Shown one piece after another: positions 1 through 13,718 of a stretch of 64,000 nt of DNA. The notes beneath the pieces were generated by a model. It saw nothing but the letters and a program-made list of their open reading frames with translations. It ran no database searches and had not been told where the DNA came from. The position numbers and the translations under genes were made by a program. The stretch is from the human T2T-CHM13v2.0 reference genome, Homo sapiens. Each line of letters opens with the position of its first letter. Position 1 is the stretch's first letter. The DNA is taken from NCBI RefSeq assembly GCF_009914755.1, contig NC_060939.1. One strand, given 5' to 3'.

Positions 1-335
1 GCCTGGTGGGAGCTGTTTGGGTCATGAGGCGGATCCCGCATGGCTTGGTGTTGGTATTGCCTTTGCAATAGCGAGTGAGTTCTCATAAGATTTGGTCATT
101 TAAAAATGTGTGGCACCTCCCCGCAACTCTCTCTTGTTCCTGCTTCCACCATGTGATGTGCCGGCTCCTGCTTCACCTTCTGCCATGGGTAAAAGATCCC
201 TGTGGCCTCCCTAGAAGCCAACCAGATTCTGGTGCCATGCTTCCTATAGGACCATGAGCCAATTAAACCTCTTTTCATTATAAATCACCCAGTTTCAGAC
301 GTTTCTTCATAGCAGTGCAAGAATGGCCCAATACA
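1..335 (+). mobile_element. MaLR LTR (MST-like), 3' part, cut by the window edge
   Basis: Typical MST/THE1 motifs: GAGTGAGTTCTC, AGCCAATTAAACCTCTTTTC, and terminal ...AATACA. Confidence 0.8.
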
Positions 336-1379
336 GACAATACCTGAGGAGGCCTACTTCACATAAAACTTTTAAGGACCACATCCTTAACTTGTCAAAG
401 TTGTATAATATTTCTGCTTGGTAAAATGGCAAAGCCACTTTGACTATGCAACCTTTAAACTGTCAATGTAAATATATAATGTAAAAGTATAGTCAATAAT
501 GTAGACTGTAAACAAATTAAGTATAAAAAACTTATAAAGTATTACTGCATAATATGATCTCAATCGTATAAAGAAAAATACACATATTCACAGGACTAGA
601 ATAGTTGAATTATAAATTCCGTATTTCTTCTCCTTTTCTTAATCCAATTCTAGAATAAGCATACAGTATTTGAATAATAAAAAACAGCCACAAGAAAAAT
701 AGTAATCTAAGTTTACTATAATAAATTTCTGACAATTTAAAATAATGCATATATCTCATTGTATTACCTAATCATATGGGACACAATCATTTGTGCTATG
801 TGTTATAACGTAATTTCTTATAAAGCACTTTTATTTCATACTGTATTTAAAAATTATAAAAATTATTTCATTTTCAAAATCTTCAATCATGGAAACTCCA
901 AAGCAGTTCATTTGTGTCTAATATCTTAATAAACATCTTTATTCTTAAGGAACAAAATAGTCATTTTTAACTAGAACAATAAGATTTTAATCTTTATGAA
1001 ACAAAAGCAAAATATTTTTAATTACAACTAATTTCAAGGATCTTTACATATTTTACTAATACTTAGTCCCATAGATTTTCACATGTGACATGCAAAACAA
1101 AAGAATTAAAATAATATTATCTAGAACTTGAGCATAAAATATCAATTTTTAAAAAACTTTTAATAATATTTACCTATAAAACATGTCTGAGATCATTAAT
1201 TTCTGCATTTGGCTTCTTAGTGGAATAAATGAGTAGTCTTACAAGCATAAATGAGAGTTTATTGCTATTAATTTCACTCATTACATGTACCATGTGTGCC
1301 ATCTGCATGTTAGTTCATGAATTTCCACCAGGCTCACATTATCTTCAAAATTCATTTACCATTTTAAATAATATAATAC

Positions 1380-1563
1380 CTCAAGAGCATGCTGTATTCT
1401 GTCTTTGTGTCTTCCAGCATGAGAAAGGCTGCTGGCAATGCTGGAAGTGGTAGTCTCACAAATCTGCTCACCCAAAAGACAGTCTTCTGGTAATAAAGTT
1501 TCTGCCCAGAGCCGGCACACACCATCATGACATGAAGTTAACAACACATTACAGACAGAACCC
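1380..1563 (-). CDS. DMXL2: DMXL2 coding exon (inferred exon 8), 184 nt, phase 2-0
   Basis: TCTCTTTGTTGTTAG acceptor; AG|GTATTA donor. GSVCNVLLTSCHDGVCRLWAETLLPEDCLLGEQICETTTSSIASSLSHAGRHKDRIQHALE (overlaps ORF 1356..1547). Confidence 0.96.
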
Positions 1564-2719
1564 CTAACAACAAAGAGAAATAAATAAAGGTTAATGTGAA
1601 TATCAATCCCATTAACTAATTAATATTTTGGTTCTTCATGCATAAAGATAACATTAGTGCAAAACACTATGGAAAAAAGGAATCAATCAAAGAGCTTGAA
1701 ATCATATATAGCATCACTGTGAACATCATAAGAACCGGGAAATTGTTTTGAAAAAAGAAATAGAAATTACTGCCAGATTATACATTCAGGCTCTAGAGGA
1801 TTATTAGTATCTCCTAAACAAAACATACAAACTAAACAGCAAAAGAAAACCTAATCATTGCAAATTAGAGAATGACCATAATAAAAGATCATTAAATGTA
1901 ATTAAACTATCTGGCTTATGGCAGTAGTTTCATCACTTTACATCCTCCTTCCTATAACCCAAACAGTTACAAACAAATAATTATCTTCATCATAAAACTG
2001 TAAGGAGAATATAATTTCAAACTATAAATCCATTTCCATTAAGTTAAAATAAGCAAAAACGGCATGGCATGGAGCAGCTAAAGTAACTTACCTGTTTGTT
2101 ACAAAGGAACAAAAAAATCATTCTCCCTTTAAAAAAATGCTCACACAGAATCTAAGTCAAAAGTATTCTGCAAATAGATGCAGATGACTTAAGCAGAATA
2201 TATTTAGATTCAAAAAGTATATAAATTTCCCACATTATCATTTACTGAGCATCTCTACAATGTGTGCTATATTTCCTATCAGGCATAAACAATCCTCAGA
2301 TATATTTAGTAGGTAAAATAACCCTCCCTCAAGAACAAACTAGATTTCTAAGCAAGCTTCTGAGTGCCCAACAGCTTTCTTAGACCTGTATATAATAAAG
2401 GAATCATTTGTATAAGCTTTTTTGCAGTTTATTTAATCTTCTAAATACCTTTAAGAGGTGCCACAATGATGAGGAAAAAATGTATAATAAAAAATCCTTT
2501 GAGAAGCTTCTGTTGACAGCTCTCAGATTTAAAAAAACAACAACAAAAAAAACACAACCTGGCCACTTTTTTCAGAGTACATTATATGCTTTAACACCAT
2601 ATACATAATTGACATAATACTGATCTATTTCCCTTCAATGTGTGCTTTCCTGTTATTTGCAAACATTTTCTTGCTAGGATCTGCTAGTACCACAGCTACT
2701 ACCAACAATTTCATTGGCT

Positions 2720-2945
2720 GGACACAAAGTATGTGCAAAGGCCTGTACTAAGCACTTCCCACCCACAAACTACATTTTAGTTTCACAGTAACTCTCTGAG
2801 GTAGGTACTATTACTACCCTCACTCTACAGAGAAAAACTGAGGCATAGACAGCTTAAGAAATTTAGTCAAAAACTCATGAAGCTAATAGTAGGATTTGAT
2901 TTCAGGCAGCTTGATGCCAGAGCCTATGCTATTAATTGCCACCAT
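2720..2945 (-). mobile_element. MIR SINE
   Basis: MIR core-like GAGGTAGGTACTATT...ACAGAGAAAAACTGAGGC. Boundaries approximate. Confidence 0.7.
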
Positions 2946-3026
2946 GTAAATAAAAGGACTTTATTTTCATTATTTTTATAAACATTTAAGGATGCAAACT
3001 AAAGCTACATGATTCATTCATCTAAC

Positions 3027-3205
3027 CTGGGCATATACTTGCTAGTTTTGCGCCACGAAAAACCTGTCACAGCTCGGGGATGTGCCAAGTAAACAAAAGA
3101 AAATTGAGTAGAGGACTGTCTCCTTTTTACTTCATGATGATCCTGAGGTATAATTGAAGACTTCCAACCAGTCATAGGATACCACACTTTCAAAAGACAA
3201 TCATC
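3027..3205 (-). CDS. DMXL2: DMXL2 coding exon (inferred exon 7), 179 nt, phase 0-2
   Basis: TTTTTCAG acceptor; AG|GTTAGA donor. DDCLLKVWYPMTGWKSSIIPQDHHEVKRRQSSTQFSFVYLAHPRAVTGFSWRKTSKYMP(R). Confidence 0.95.
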
Positions 3206-3649
3206 CTGAAAAATACATAGGTCAATATAAAATTAATTTGTACATACACAATTCAAAATTTAAGTGGTTTGAAGAAGTTTTAAAAATTAAGTTACATCTA
3301 AAAACTAATATGTGACTTATACATAATACAAAACTTATCTCAAAATTACATTACTTTAAAGAAAACTATTCTTGAAAAATAAATGAACAGTCTATTCATT
3401 ATCAATCTTTTCTGTGTGATATTGTTTTTCAAATGCAGACTGATGCCAAATTCTCCCATTTAGACATAAATTGGTCAGTACAGAAAAAAGATTCTGATGC
3501 TAGCCCCTTGAATAAGTTAGTTAAGAAAGAATTAGAAAGATCCATGCTATCTTTTCAGTCATTGTTATCCTTTCCTTTTTGAAGTGGTCTTTAACAGTGA
3601 AGCCCTTCACCCTTCACCTCACGAACATGAATTGTTTCTTGCTCTATAT

Positions 3650-3807
3650 CAAGAGTCAGCAAATTTTTCTGCAAAGGGCCAGATGGTAAATAAGTTAGGC
3701 TTTGTGGGCTACACAGGTCTATGACACAGATTCTTCTTTTTTTCTTACATCCCTTTAAAAAGGTAAAAAACATTCTTAGCTCTTGGGCCACAGTTCTCCG
3801 ATCCCTA
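3650..3807. mobile_element. hAT-Charlie MER58-like DNA transposon
   Basis: CAAGAGTCAGCAAA...AAAGGGCCAGATGGTAAATA...GGCTTTGTGGGC; degenerate 8-bp TSD CTCTATAT/CTCTAAGT. Confidence 0.7.
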
Positions 3808-4744
3808 CTCTAAGTGATGATAAAGAATGCATGGAGGTAGCTGTCAGGAACCACCTCAATGCCCACTTAAAATATTTACAAGTATAACAATAGGCACTGA
3901 CTTAATCATTTTACTTAGTCCTAACAATTTAGTTAAAGGCTAAACAACTATAAAAACTATCTTTTATAGTGCTTTATAACCAATAATAAAAACTGCATTA
4001 AAGGGAAATAATAAATGTTATCGCTTATGCAAAAATATAACCTCTGAGGAATTCTGCAATTATGTATTCCTGAAAAGTATGCATTGACCCAAATATTTTC
4101 ATTTGGACTAGACAAACAATTCTGTTTTTTTCATCTTGGTACTCATTCTCAATTTGTGCTGCATAATGAAACAAAAATTTCCATTAATGTCTCTTTTTTT
4201 GGATATTTTAATTATACAGCAAATCTTTTAAGTGTTTGCCCTTAGACAGCCACTTAACAATGTACTAGTTGCTTTCCTCCAAGTATCTTCTTCAGCATAG
4301 CATCATTTTCACATAATCAAATTTACAGCACATTCTATGCAGTGGTTTCAGACTACGTAACAAAGAAATTCTACAGGTACCCGAGAGCCCCTCAAAAGTC
4401 ACAATGGAAATACAAAGAGCCCCAGGAGCAGGTGATACTCTAGCCCTTCTCCCATTCCCACCAATCTCCCCCTCAAATGAAGCAGTCCCTATTTCATCTG
4501 TTATTGTCTAAAACTGTAAAACCACAACAAAATTAAGTAACTAGTAACAGAAAGTTATCTAGAAAATTCCCAAATATTTGAAAACTAAAAACTTCTAAAT
4601 TACAGGGGAAATTTTAAAATATGTTGAAAATATGAATGAAAATGAAAGTACAACATATCAAAAGGGGGAGTTGCAGTTACCTGAGTGCATGAGGGAAATT
4701 CCTAGCTTTTTTTTTTAAGTTCACTTTTGTTTAGTGTTTTTGTG

Positions 4745-6061
4745 TTATTTATTTATTTAATCTCCATAGGTTTTGGGGGAACAGGTAGTGTTTGGTTACA
4801 TGAATAAGTTCTTCAGTGGTGATTTGTGGGATTTTGGTGCACCCATCGCCCAAGCAGTATACACTGTACCCAATTTGTAGTCTTTTATCCCTCACTCTCC
4901 TCCCACCCTTCCTCCCTAGTCCCCAAAGTCCATTGTATCATTCTTATGCCTCTGCATCTTCATAGCTTAGCTCCCACTTATGAGTGAGAACATACGATGT
5001 TTGGTTTTCCATTCCTGAGTTACTTCACTTAGAATAATGGTCTCCAATTCCATCCAGGTTGCTGCGAATGTCATTTCATTCCTTTTTATGGCTGAATAGC
5101 ATTCCATGGTGTGTATATATATATATACCACAATTTCTTTATCCACTCATTGACTGATGGGCATTTGGGCTGGTTCTATATTTTTGCAACTGCAAATTGT
5201 GCTGCTATAAACATGCATGTGCAAGTATCTTTTTCATATAATGACTTCTTTTTCTCTGGATAGATACCCAGAAGTGGATAGCTGGATCAAATGGTAGTTC
5301 TACTGTTGTTCTTTAAGGAATTTCCAGAGTTTTCCATAGTGGTTGTACTAGTTTACATTCCCAACATCAGTGTAAAAGTGTTCCCTTTATACCACATCCC
5401 CACCAACATCTATTATTTTTTGGTTTTTTGATTATGGGCATTCTTGCAGGAGTAAGGTGGTATCGCATTGTGGTTTTGGTTTGCATTTCCCTGATCATTA
5501 GTGACGTTGAGCATTTTTTCATATGCTTGTCAGCCATTTGTATATCCTCCTTGGAGAATTGTCTATTGATGTCCTCAGTCCATTTTTTGATGGGATTGTT
5601 TGGTTTTTTCTTGCTAATTTGTTTGAGTTCCTTATAGATTCTGGATATTAGTCCTTTGTCAGATGTATAGATCATGAAGATTTTCTCCCACTCTGTGGAC
5701 TGTCTGTTTACTCTGCTGACTGTTTCATTTACTGTGCAGAAACTCCAGGAAAGGACATGACAAAAAAAGGAAACCACAGACCAATATCCCTGATGAATAT
5801 AGATGCAAAAATCCATAACAAAATACTAGCTAACTGAATCCAACAGCATATCAAAAAGATTGTCTACCATGATCAAGTAAGTTTCATACTAGAGTTGTAG
5901 GGATGGTTTAATATTCACAAGTCAATACATATGATACACCATATAAACAGAATTAAAAACAAAATCAAATGATCATCTCAACAGATGCAGAAAAAGCACT
6001 TGACAAAATCCAGCATCCCTTTATAATTAAAACCCTCAGCAAAATCAGCATAGAAGGGACA
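4745..6061 (-). mobile_element. L1PB-like LINE, 3' end with an inverted ORF2 segment (5742-6061 on +)
   Basis: L1PB-type 3'UTR on minus. ORF2 C-terminal peptide in ORF 5367..5816(-) and RT peptide MIISTDAEKALDKIQHPF in ORF 5969..6160(+). Confidence 0.8.
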
Positions 6062-6154
6062 ACCCTTCCCCTCAAGAAATCTTCTCATCCTAGCCCTTGC
6101 AAAACCCAGTTTTTCACTCAAAGGCATAATCTTCTCTCAAAGAAAATGCTGCCT

Positions 6155-6385
6155 TTTTAATTATAAATTGACAACTTATAATTGTATACATTTACATAGT
6201 ATGAAGTGATGTTATAATTCACGAATATAACATGATAATTACATCAAGCTAGGTAACATATCCATCACCTCAAATACTTAATGTTTTTTATGGTGAGAAG
6301 ACTTGAAATTTACTCTTAGCAATTTTAAAATATACACTATTCTATCACTAACTATATTCACCATGCTGCATGAGAACTCAAAAAA
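6155..6385 (-). mobile_element. L1MA-type 3' end fragment
   Basis: AAGCTAGGTAACATATCCATCACCTCA...GAAATTTACTCTTAGCAATTTT, typical of an L1MA 3'UTR. Confidence 0.7.
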
Positions 6386-7484
6386 AGAAAAGATAAATTC
6401 CATTTTTTGAAGAAAACAGGATACTTTAAATTACTTGCAAATTTTACAAAATAACCAAGTGTTATTTTTTAAAATGTTCCAATACAAACTTTATGAACAT
6501 AAACGAATAGAATTTCAGCAAACATCTCCTAGTAAGCGAACCAGAGAAAACCAATTCTTAAACTAAAGATTTAATCAGGTATGTCACGTTGGGTAGAAAA
6601 GGCTCTTTAGTAAGTAAGGCTTTATTTTAAGTTCAGATAGAAATTTAAAATACTCTTAAGCCTAAGAAAAATTTAATTTACCACATTTATAAAAAATAGA
6701 TCTTACCAGCCAAAGTGCTCAATGGACCGTAATATTAAAAATCCTGGAAGTAATTGAATTTGAGTCTCACAACACCTGAAATAAAACCCTGTCATGTGTA
6801 GCAGAGGCGGTGGAAAATGCCTTCTAGTGGGAGATCCACAGTGACCATCTGTTTTATCAATTCAAATTTGGCTTTATTAACAGAAGCAGAACAGATTGTA
6901 CCAAAAAAAAAAAAACTGCCCAACATTCCAAAGTTACTTTCTGTTCTTTTTATCAGGATAATCTTAATCAGATGTGGTATATTCTCAAAAATGTGAGAAA
7001 ATAGCTTTTTCAATCCAAGACACATTTGCTTAACCTCCATAGGATCCTTACCAGAAAAGCATTATCTTTCCATAAGAATTATGAAACACTTAACTCTTAG
7101 GATAACTGGATATAAGCAGCTTAGGGAGACGTGACTAACACAATGAAAATAATACTCAATAATCTAGAAAATAAAATTTTTGTGGAAATTTTAACAGTTC
7201 ATATGTCTCTTTCAGGGAAGGGTAGGCATCCTGTAGTTTGTATCAAGCTACTATTCTTAATTCAATCTAATTACATATATTTTACTATGTTTCATAAGAA
7301 CCAATTATTATACATTTGATTATGTCCAGATACAGATTTATTAAAGAGCCACATTTCACTCTAAGCAAACTCAAGGGCTTTCCAACCATTCTCAGGCTTA
7401 AAAACAAAATCAGTCCTCAACGTACTAATAGATAATGATGATGTGCCATTAACTGCCTGTACAACTATGGAACATTTACAAGAT

Positions 7485-9095
7485 TTACTCAAACAACAAG
7501 TATTTATTGAAAGAAGCCACTATGTGAATGGCTGGGGATATAGCTGAGGCAGAGGAAGAGACAGAAATAATAAAATACATTTCCTAATCCCACAGAGCTT
7601 ATTCTTTAGAAAGGAAGGCAACATTAAGTAAGGATATAAATTATTGTTTTAATTACAATTGTGATAAGCACTATAAGAAAGAAGCAGAGGGCACCAGGAA
7701 AGTATTTAATAAGGAGACTTGACCTTGCCTGGGAGATCAGAGGATTTCTTAAGCAAGTGGTATTTAAACTGAGAGTTGAAGGATACATAAAAGACGACCA
7801 GGTAAAGAATAAGGAAGTCTGGGTATTGTAGGTATTCCCTAGACAGAGGGAACAGCACATAAAAAGACGTGGAAGCAGGAAAGAGCTTGGCATATTCAAG
7901 GCCTTGAAAGGACATCAGTGTCATAGGCATTAAGGTGGGAATGAAGCTGGAGAGGCACGGAAGGGCCAGATCATACAGCAGAGCCTCACAGGCCATGGTA
8001 AAGATCATAATCTTCATTTTAGGAGCAATAGGAGTCATTAAAAGGTGGTGAAAAGGAGAACGGCATGTTCAGGTGGCTGGCTCCTGTGGGCAGACCAATC
8101 AGAGGATGTTTGCAGGACATCACTTAAGAGACTACTGTAAAGGTCTGCAGCCCCGAAGATGCTGACACAGGTAGTGGCAGTGGAGGGCAGAGACATGGAC
8201 TTCAAAAACCTTAGCTGCTTCTGTGATCACTAAGATCATTAAAACTTTATGATTCCACAAAAGTTTCTTTGCTTTAATTTACGCACAGTTAGGCCTGTAC
8301 TATCTACAGATGTTTAACTGTTCTCCCATGTGTTCTAGGTCTTTTGACAAAATTAACTGACATTCCCTCCTTGAACCTTTTTTCTTGGCTTCTCTAATGT
8401 CACATTCTCCTGGTTTTCGTTTTATTTCAGTGGTTACTCCTTCCCAGCATCCTTTGTAGGTATCTCCCCTCTCTCTATCATTTCTTAATGTTTGAGGATC
8501 CTGGGATTTGATCCTGAGTCCCATTCTCTTCTCTAATACACACGTTCTCCCTAGTTAATTTCATCCAGACCCATAACTTTAAACACCGCCTTTGGCTAAA
8601 GAATTCAAATTGCCAGAGAACTCCTGACTGTCTTATCCTATCTGATATGTTAACTCAGATGCATCTCAAACTTTGGTCTAACCACTACACTCCAGCTTTC
8701 TGTTGCTCTTTAACAAGCCCTGCTAATTCCTATTTCAGAGCATTTGCACTTGGTGTTTGTTCCCTCGGCCAAAAACACTCTTTCCCCTGAACTTCACAGT
8801 TGTCTCCTTCGTAGTATTCAATTCTCAGTTTAAAGGTTATCTCCTCAGCAAAGCTTTCTCTATAGATCACTCACTCTAACAGACACCCAATCACACTACT
8901 ATATCATCCTGTCTTAATTTTCTGGACAGCACTTGTTAATACTTGATATTTTTTTCTGTCTTTCCTCACCAGAAATTAAGTCCTATAAGAACAAAAGCCT
9001 TGTCTATCATCTTCATCATAAGACTGCCAGCACACACAACAGTTCAGGGTATATGGTGGTGTTCAAAAGAATATCTGCTAAACATGTGAATGAAG
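7485..9095. mobile_element. Degenerate L2 LINE fragments in both orientations
   Basis: L2 3'-end motifs (CAAGTATTTATTGA; TGAATGAA) and L2-type body. Boundaries approximate. Confidence 0.6.
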
Positions 9096-9300
9096 GTTGT
9101 TAATTTCAGATATAATTTCAAATCAACTTTTTGTCCAAAATGCACTATCAATTTTACGTATATAAAGTCTATTATGATATGAATACAACTATAAAAGATT
9201 CTCATGTGTCTCACAAGTGCAGATTGCTAGAATTCTAAAATGCATTTTCTTTGCCCCGTTATATGATAAAAAAAAATCAAACAATATATATGTTAAAGTA

Positions 9301-9778
9301 CAGTTGACCCTTCAATAACATGGGTTTGAACTGCACAGGTCCACTTACACGTGAATTTTCTTCTGCCTCTGCCACCCAAGACAGCAAGACCAACCCCTCC
9401 TCTTCTTCCTCCTCTCTCACCTACTAAATGTGAAAATGATGAGGATGAAGACCTTATGACCATCTACATCCACTTAATGAACGGTTAATTTATTTTCTCT
9501 TCCTTAAGGTTTTCTTAGTAACATTTTTCTTCTCTTCCTTAAAAGAGTATAGCACATATTGGATGCCACATGCAGGGTTTAAAAAAAAAAAAGAGTAGAG
9601 TATACAATACCTATAACATACAAAATGTGTTAATTTATTGTTTATTTTATTGGAAAAGCTTCCAGTCAATAGTAGACTATTAGTAATTAAGTTTCTGGAG
9701 ACTCAAAAGTTAGACAGGGATTTTTGACTGTGCAGGGGGTTGGATCACCTAACTGCCATGTTGTTCAAGGGTTAACTG
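9301..9778. mobile_element. Tigger2a/MER28-like TcMar DNA transposon
   Basis: Terminal inverted repeats CAGTTGACCCTTCAATAACATGG / CCATGTTGTTCAAGGGTTAACTG, with TA target duplication on both sides. Confidence 0.9.
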
Positions 9779-10665
9779 TACATGAGTCAAGGAAAACTTA
9801 AGTGTATACAATACCTATCCATGATCATAGTGCCATTAACGATATTTAAAAGGAGGCAATAGGAAAACATGCTCCAAATGATGCACAGTGTGTACAATAT
9901 CCAAGCTGACATCAGCAATGATTAACTGGGAATATCATAAAGCTGGATTCCAGTATGACTCTCCAGCAGCTCTCTGACATGCTGAACTGGTCCTATATTA
10001 AATCATCCATAGGTTCACCTATTATGGATTTGTTAAGTCAAAGGAATGACTGGCTTTATTAATCACTTATTAACGTGGTAATCCTAAGAAATATGAGTAA
10101 CAAAAAAAAGACAAATCTGTGAGTTTTTTCAGTCAAATTTTAGGAGTAATGGGGTATTTGTTTTTAAAGATCCAAAGTTTTAAAGGTGACTGCCTGTTTT
10201 AGAGATCAAGACATGAATTACGTAAAATAAAATTAAAAAGGAAAAAAAGACATGAATTATATTATTTCTCAAACTGTTTTTCCAGTGATTCTGACAAGTG
10301 TACCCTTCATGAGATACCCACGCTTCTCAAGACATTACAGAAAATTCTTCACGTGTCTCTACATTTCTATCCAGAAATACTGTTTTATTATTTGTAGATT
10401 ATTGAACTGGCTTATCAAAATTTCAGTGTTTTATTTTTAAAATCTAGTTTAAAAACAATGAGGCAAATTAGATGGAGTGGAGTGTGCAGGGGTGAGAGTT
10501 AGCAGAAGATGAGGTTGAAGCAGTGACGAGAGTCCTGGTAAGCATGGAGCATGCTAAACCATCACGAAGACTTGGTCTTTTGGTAAATGAAATGGAAAAG
10601 CTTTTGACGGTTTTGTACAAAAGAAGAGTGACAAGATCTGACAACATTTTAAAAAGATCACTCCA

Positions 10666-10960
<295 letters not shown>

Positions 10961-11851
10961 TTTAAATCACTCCACCTGCTGGTTTGAACATAGATTGTAC
11001 AGAAGTGCAGCAAAAATTGGGAAACCAATTAAAAATTTAATACAATAATACAAGTGATAAATAATGGTGGCTTCAACCAGATTATAAGAGTGGAGGTGGT
11101 AAAGAAGTAAGCAGATTGTGGATATATTCTAAAGGTGAGCCATCAGGGAGTAGATTGAGGGGTTAGGGAAGTAGAGATCAGGGAAGAGGTACAGGCAAAA
11201 AATACAAAGTTGAATGTCATCAGCATACAAAAATGGCATTTAAATGGCATCAGAAATCTTAAGACTAGAAGAGCCCTGGGCACTCCAACATTTAAAAGTA
11301 GAAAAGATAACAGTAACAACTAAGCAGGGGTAGCCAGAGTTAAAAACAGGCAGAGTACAGAAGACTTTTAGGGCAGTAAAAAGACCTACAAAATTGATAA
11401 ACTCTTGGTGAGATGAATGAAGAAAGAGGGAAGGCATAAATAATATCAAAACTGAAGAAGAAATCACTATACATGTATTATAGATATTAAAAGATAAGGT
11501 GTTTTACACAATTTTGTGCTAATAAATTTGAAAATCTAAATAAAACTGAAAAATCATAGGTAAATACAACTTACCAAAACTGACATACAAAAGAAAAAGA
11601 AAATCTGAATAATTTAAAAAACTGAATCCTACAAAGAAAATTCCTGATCCAGATGGCTTCACCAGCAAATACTTAAGAATAAAACTATATCAATCTTACA
11701 TAAACTCTTCACAAAAGAGAGCTTTCCAACCCATTTATAAGGCCAGCATAACATCAACATAAAAATCTGTCAAGGACATTATGAAAACGGGAAAATTATT
11801 GGCCGAATCTCACTCTAACACATAAATCTTAAACAAAAGATCAGCAGATCA

Positions 11852-12194
<343 letters not shown>

Positions 12195-12272
12195 TTATAA
12201 TGAAGTTGGGATTGTTCCAGGAATACAAGGTTTACAAAATCAGTCCATGTATTTCATCTTATTAAAAAATTA

Positions 12273-12646
<374 letters not shown>

Positions 12647-13718
12647 CTAGCAAACAACAAATAGAAGGAAAGTTTCTTTATCTGAAAAAAAAGTATCTAC
12701 CACAAACATCAACAGTAAACATTATATTTATGATGACACAGTGAAGGGTATCCCTTTGAGACTGGGAACAAGAAAAAGATAGACCTGTTGTCACCACGTT
12801 TATTCAGCACTCTGCTAGAGGTCCTAGACACTGCAGTTAAAAAAAAAAAGGAAAAATATGAAAAATGGGAGAGTTACAAAAGATGAACTACAGCTTTCAT
12901 TATTCATAGATTATATAATTGTGTACATATAAAATCCAAAATGATCTACAGATGAATTATTAGAATTAATGAGTTTAGTAAGGGTGCTGGGCATAAAGCC
13001 AATATACAAAAACTGCATTTCTATATACCAGTAACAATTATTTTTTAAAAATTTACATGATGATTCCATTTATAACAGTATCAAAAACATCAAATATCTA
13101 GGAATTAATCCCAAAAGATATTTGGGATCTTCACAGATAAAATTATAAAACATTACTGAGGAAAAAAAGGTCTAAAATAAATGGATACATCATGTTCATA
13201 AACGGGAAGACTAATTATAGTAAAGATGTCAATTCTCCCCAAACTGACCTACACAGTCAATGTAATACCAATCAGAATCATAAGAGGTTTTCTGTTTGCT
13301 TTGTAAAAATTATCATTTATTCTAAAATTTATATAGAAATGCAAAGGGCCAAGAATAGATAAGACGATCTTAAAAAAGAAAAACAAGAGGGGAGGACTTG
13401 CCCTACCAGATATCAAGACTTAATTTAAAGCTATAGCAATTAAGTCAGGTGACACTCATACAAGGAAAGACCAATGAACTAGAGAAAAGAGCCTAGAAAC
13501 AGACCTACAGAAATATGGACATTTGATTTTATGACAAAAGTGGTAATGCAGAACAATGAAGAAAGGGAAGATTTTTTCCAATAAATTGTTCAAGACAACC
13601 AGATATCCATAAGGAAAAAATAAAACTTGACCTTCTTCAAATCACATCTAAACATTATTTCACATAGATTTTAGACCTGAATGTGAAAGATAAAACATAA
13701 AATGTCCATATTCTAGAC

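Noticed and set aside
1356-1547. 63-aa ORF as a standalone gene
   Set aside because: It is DMXL2 exon 8 read through its donor into the intron.
6792-7040. 82-aa minus-strand ORF between the candidate pseudoexons
   Set aside because: No recognisable homology, crosses a homopolymer, and its length is compatible with chance.
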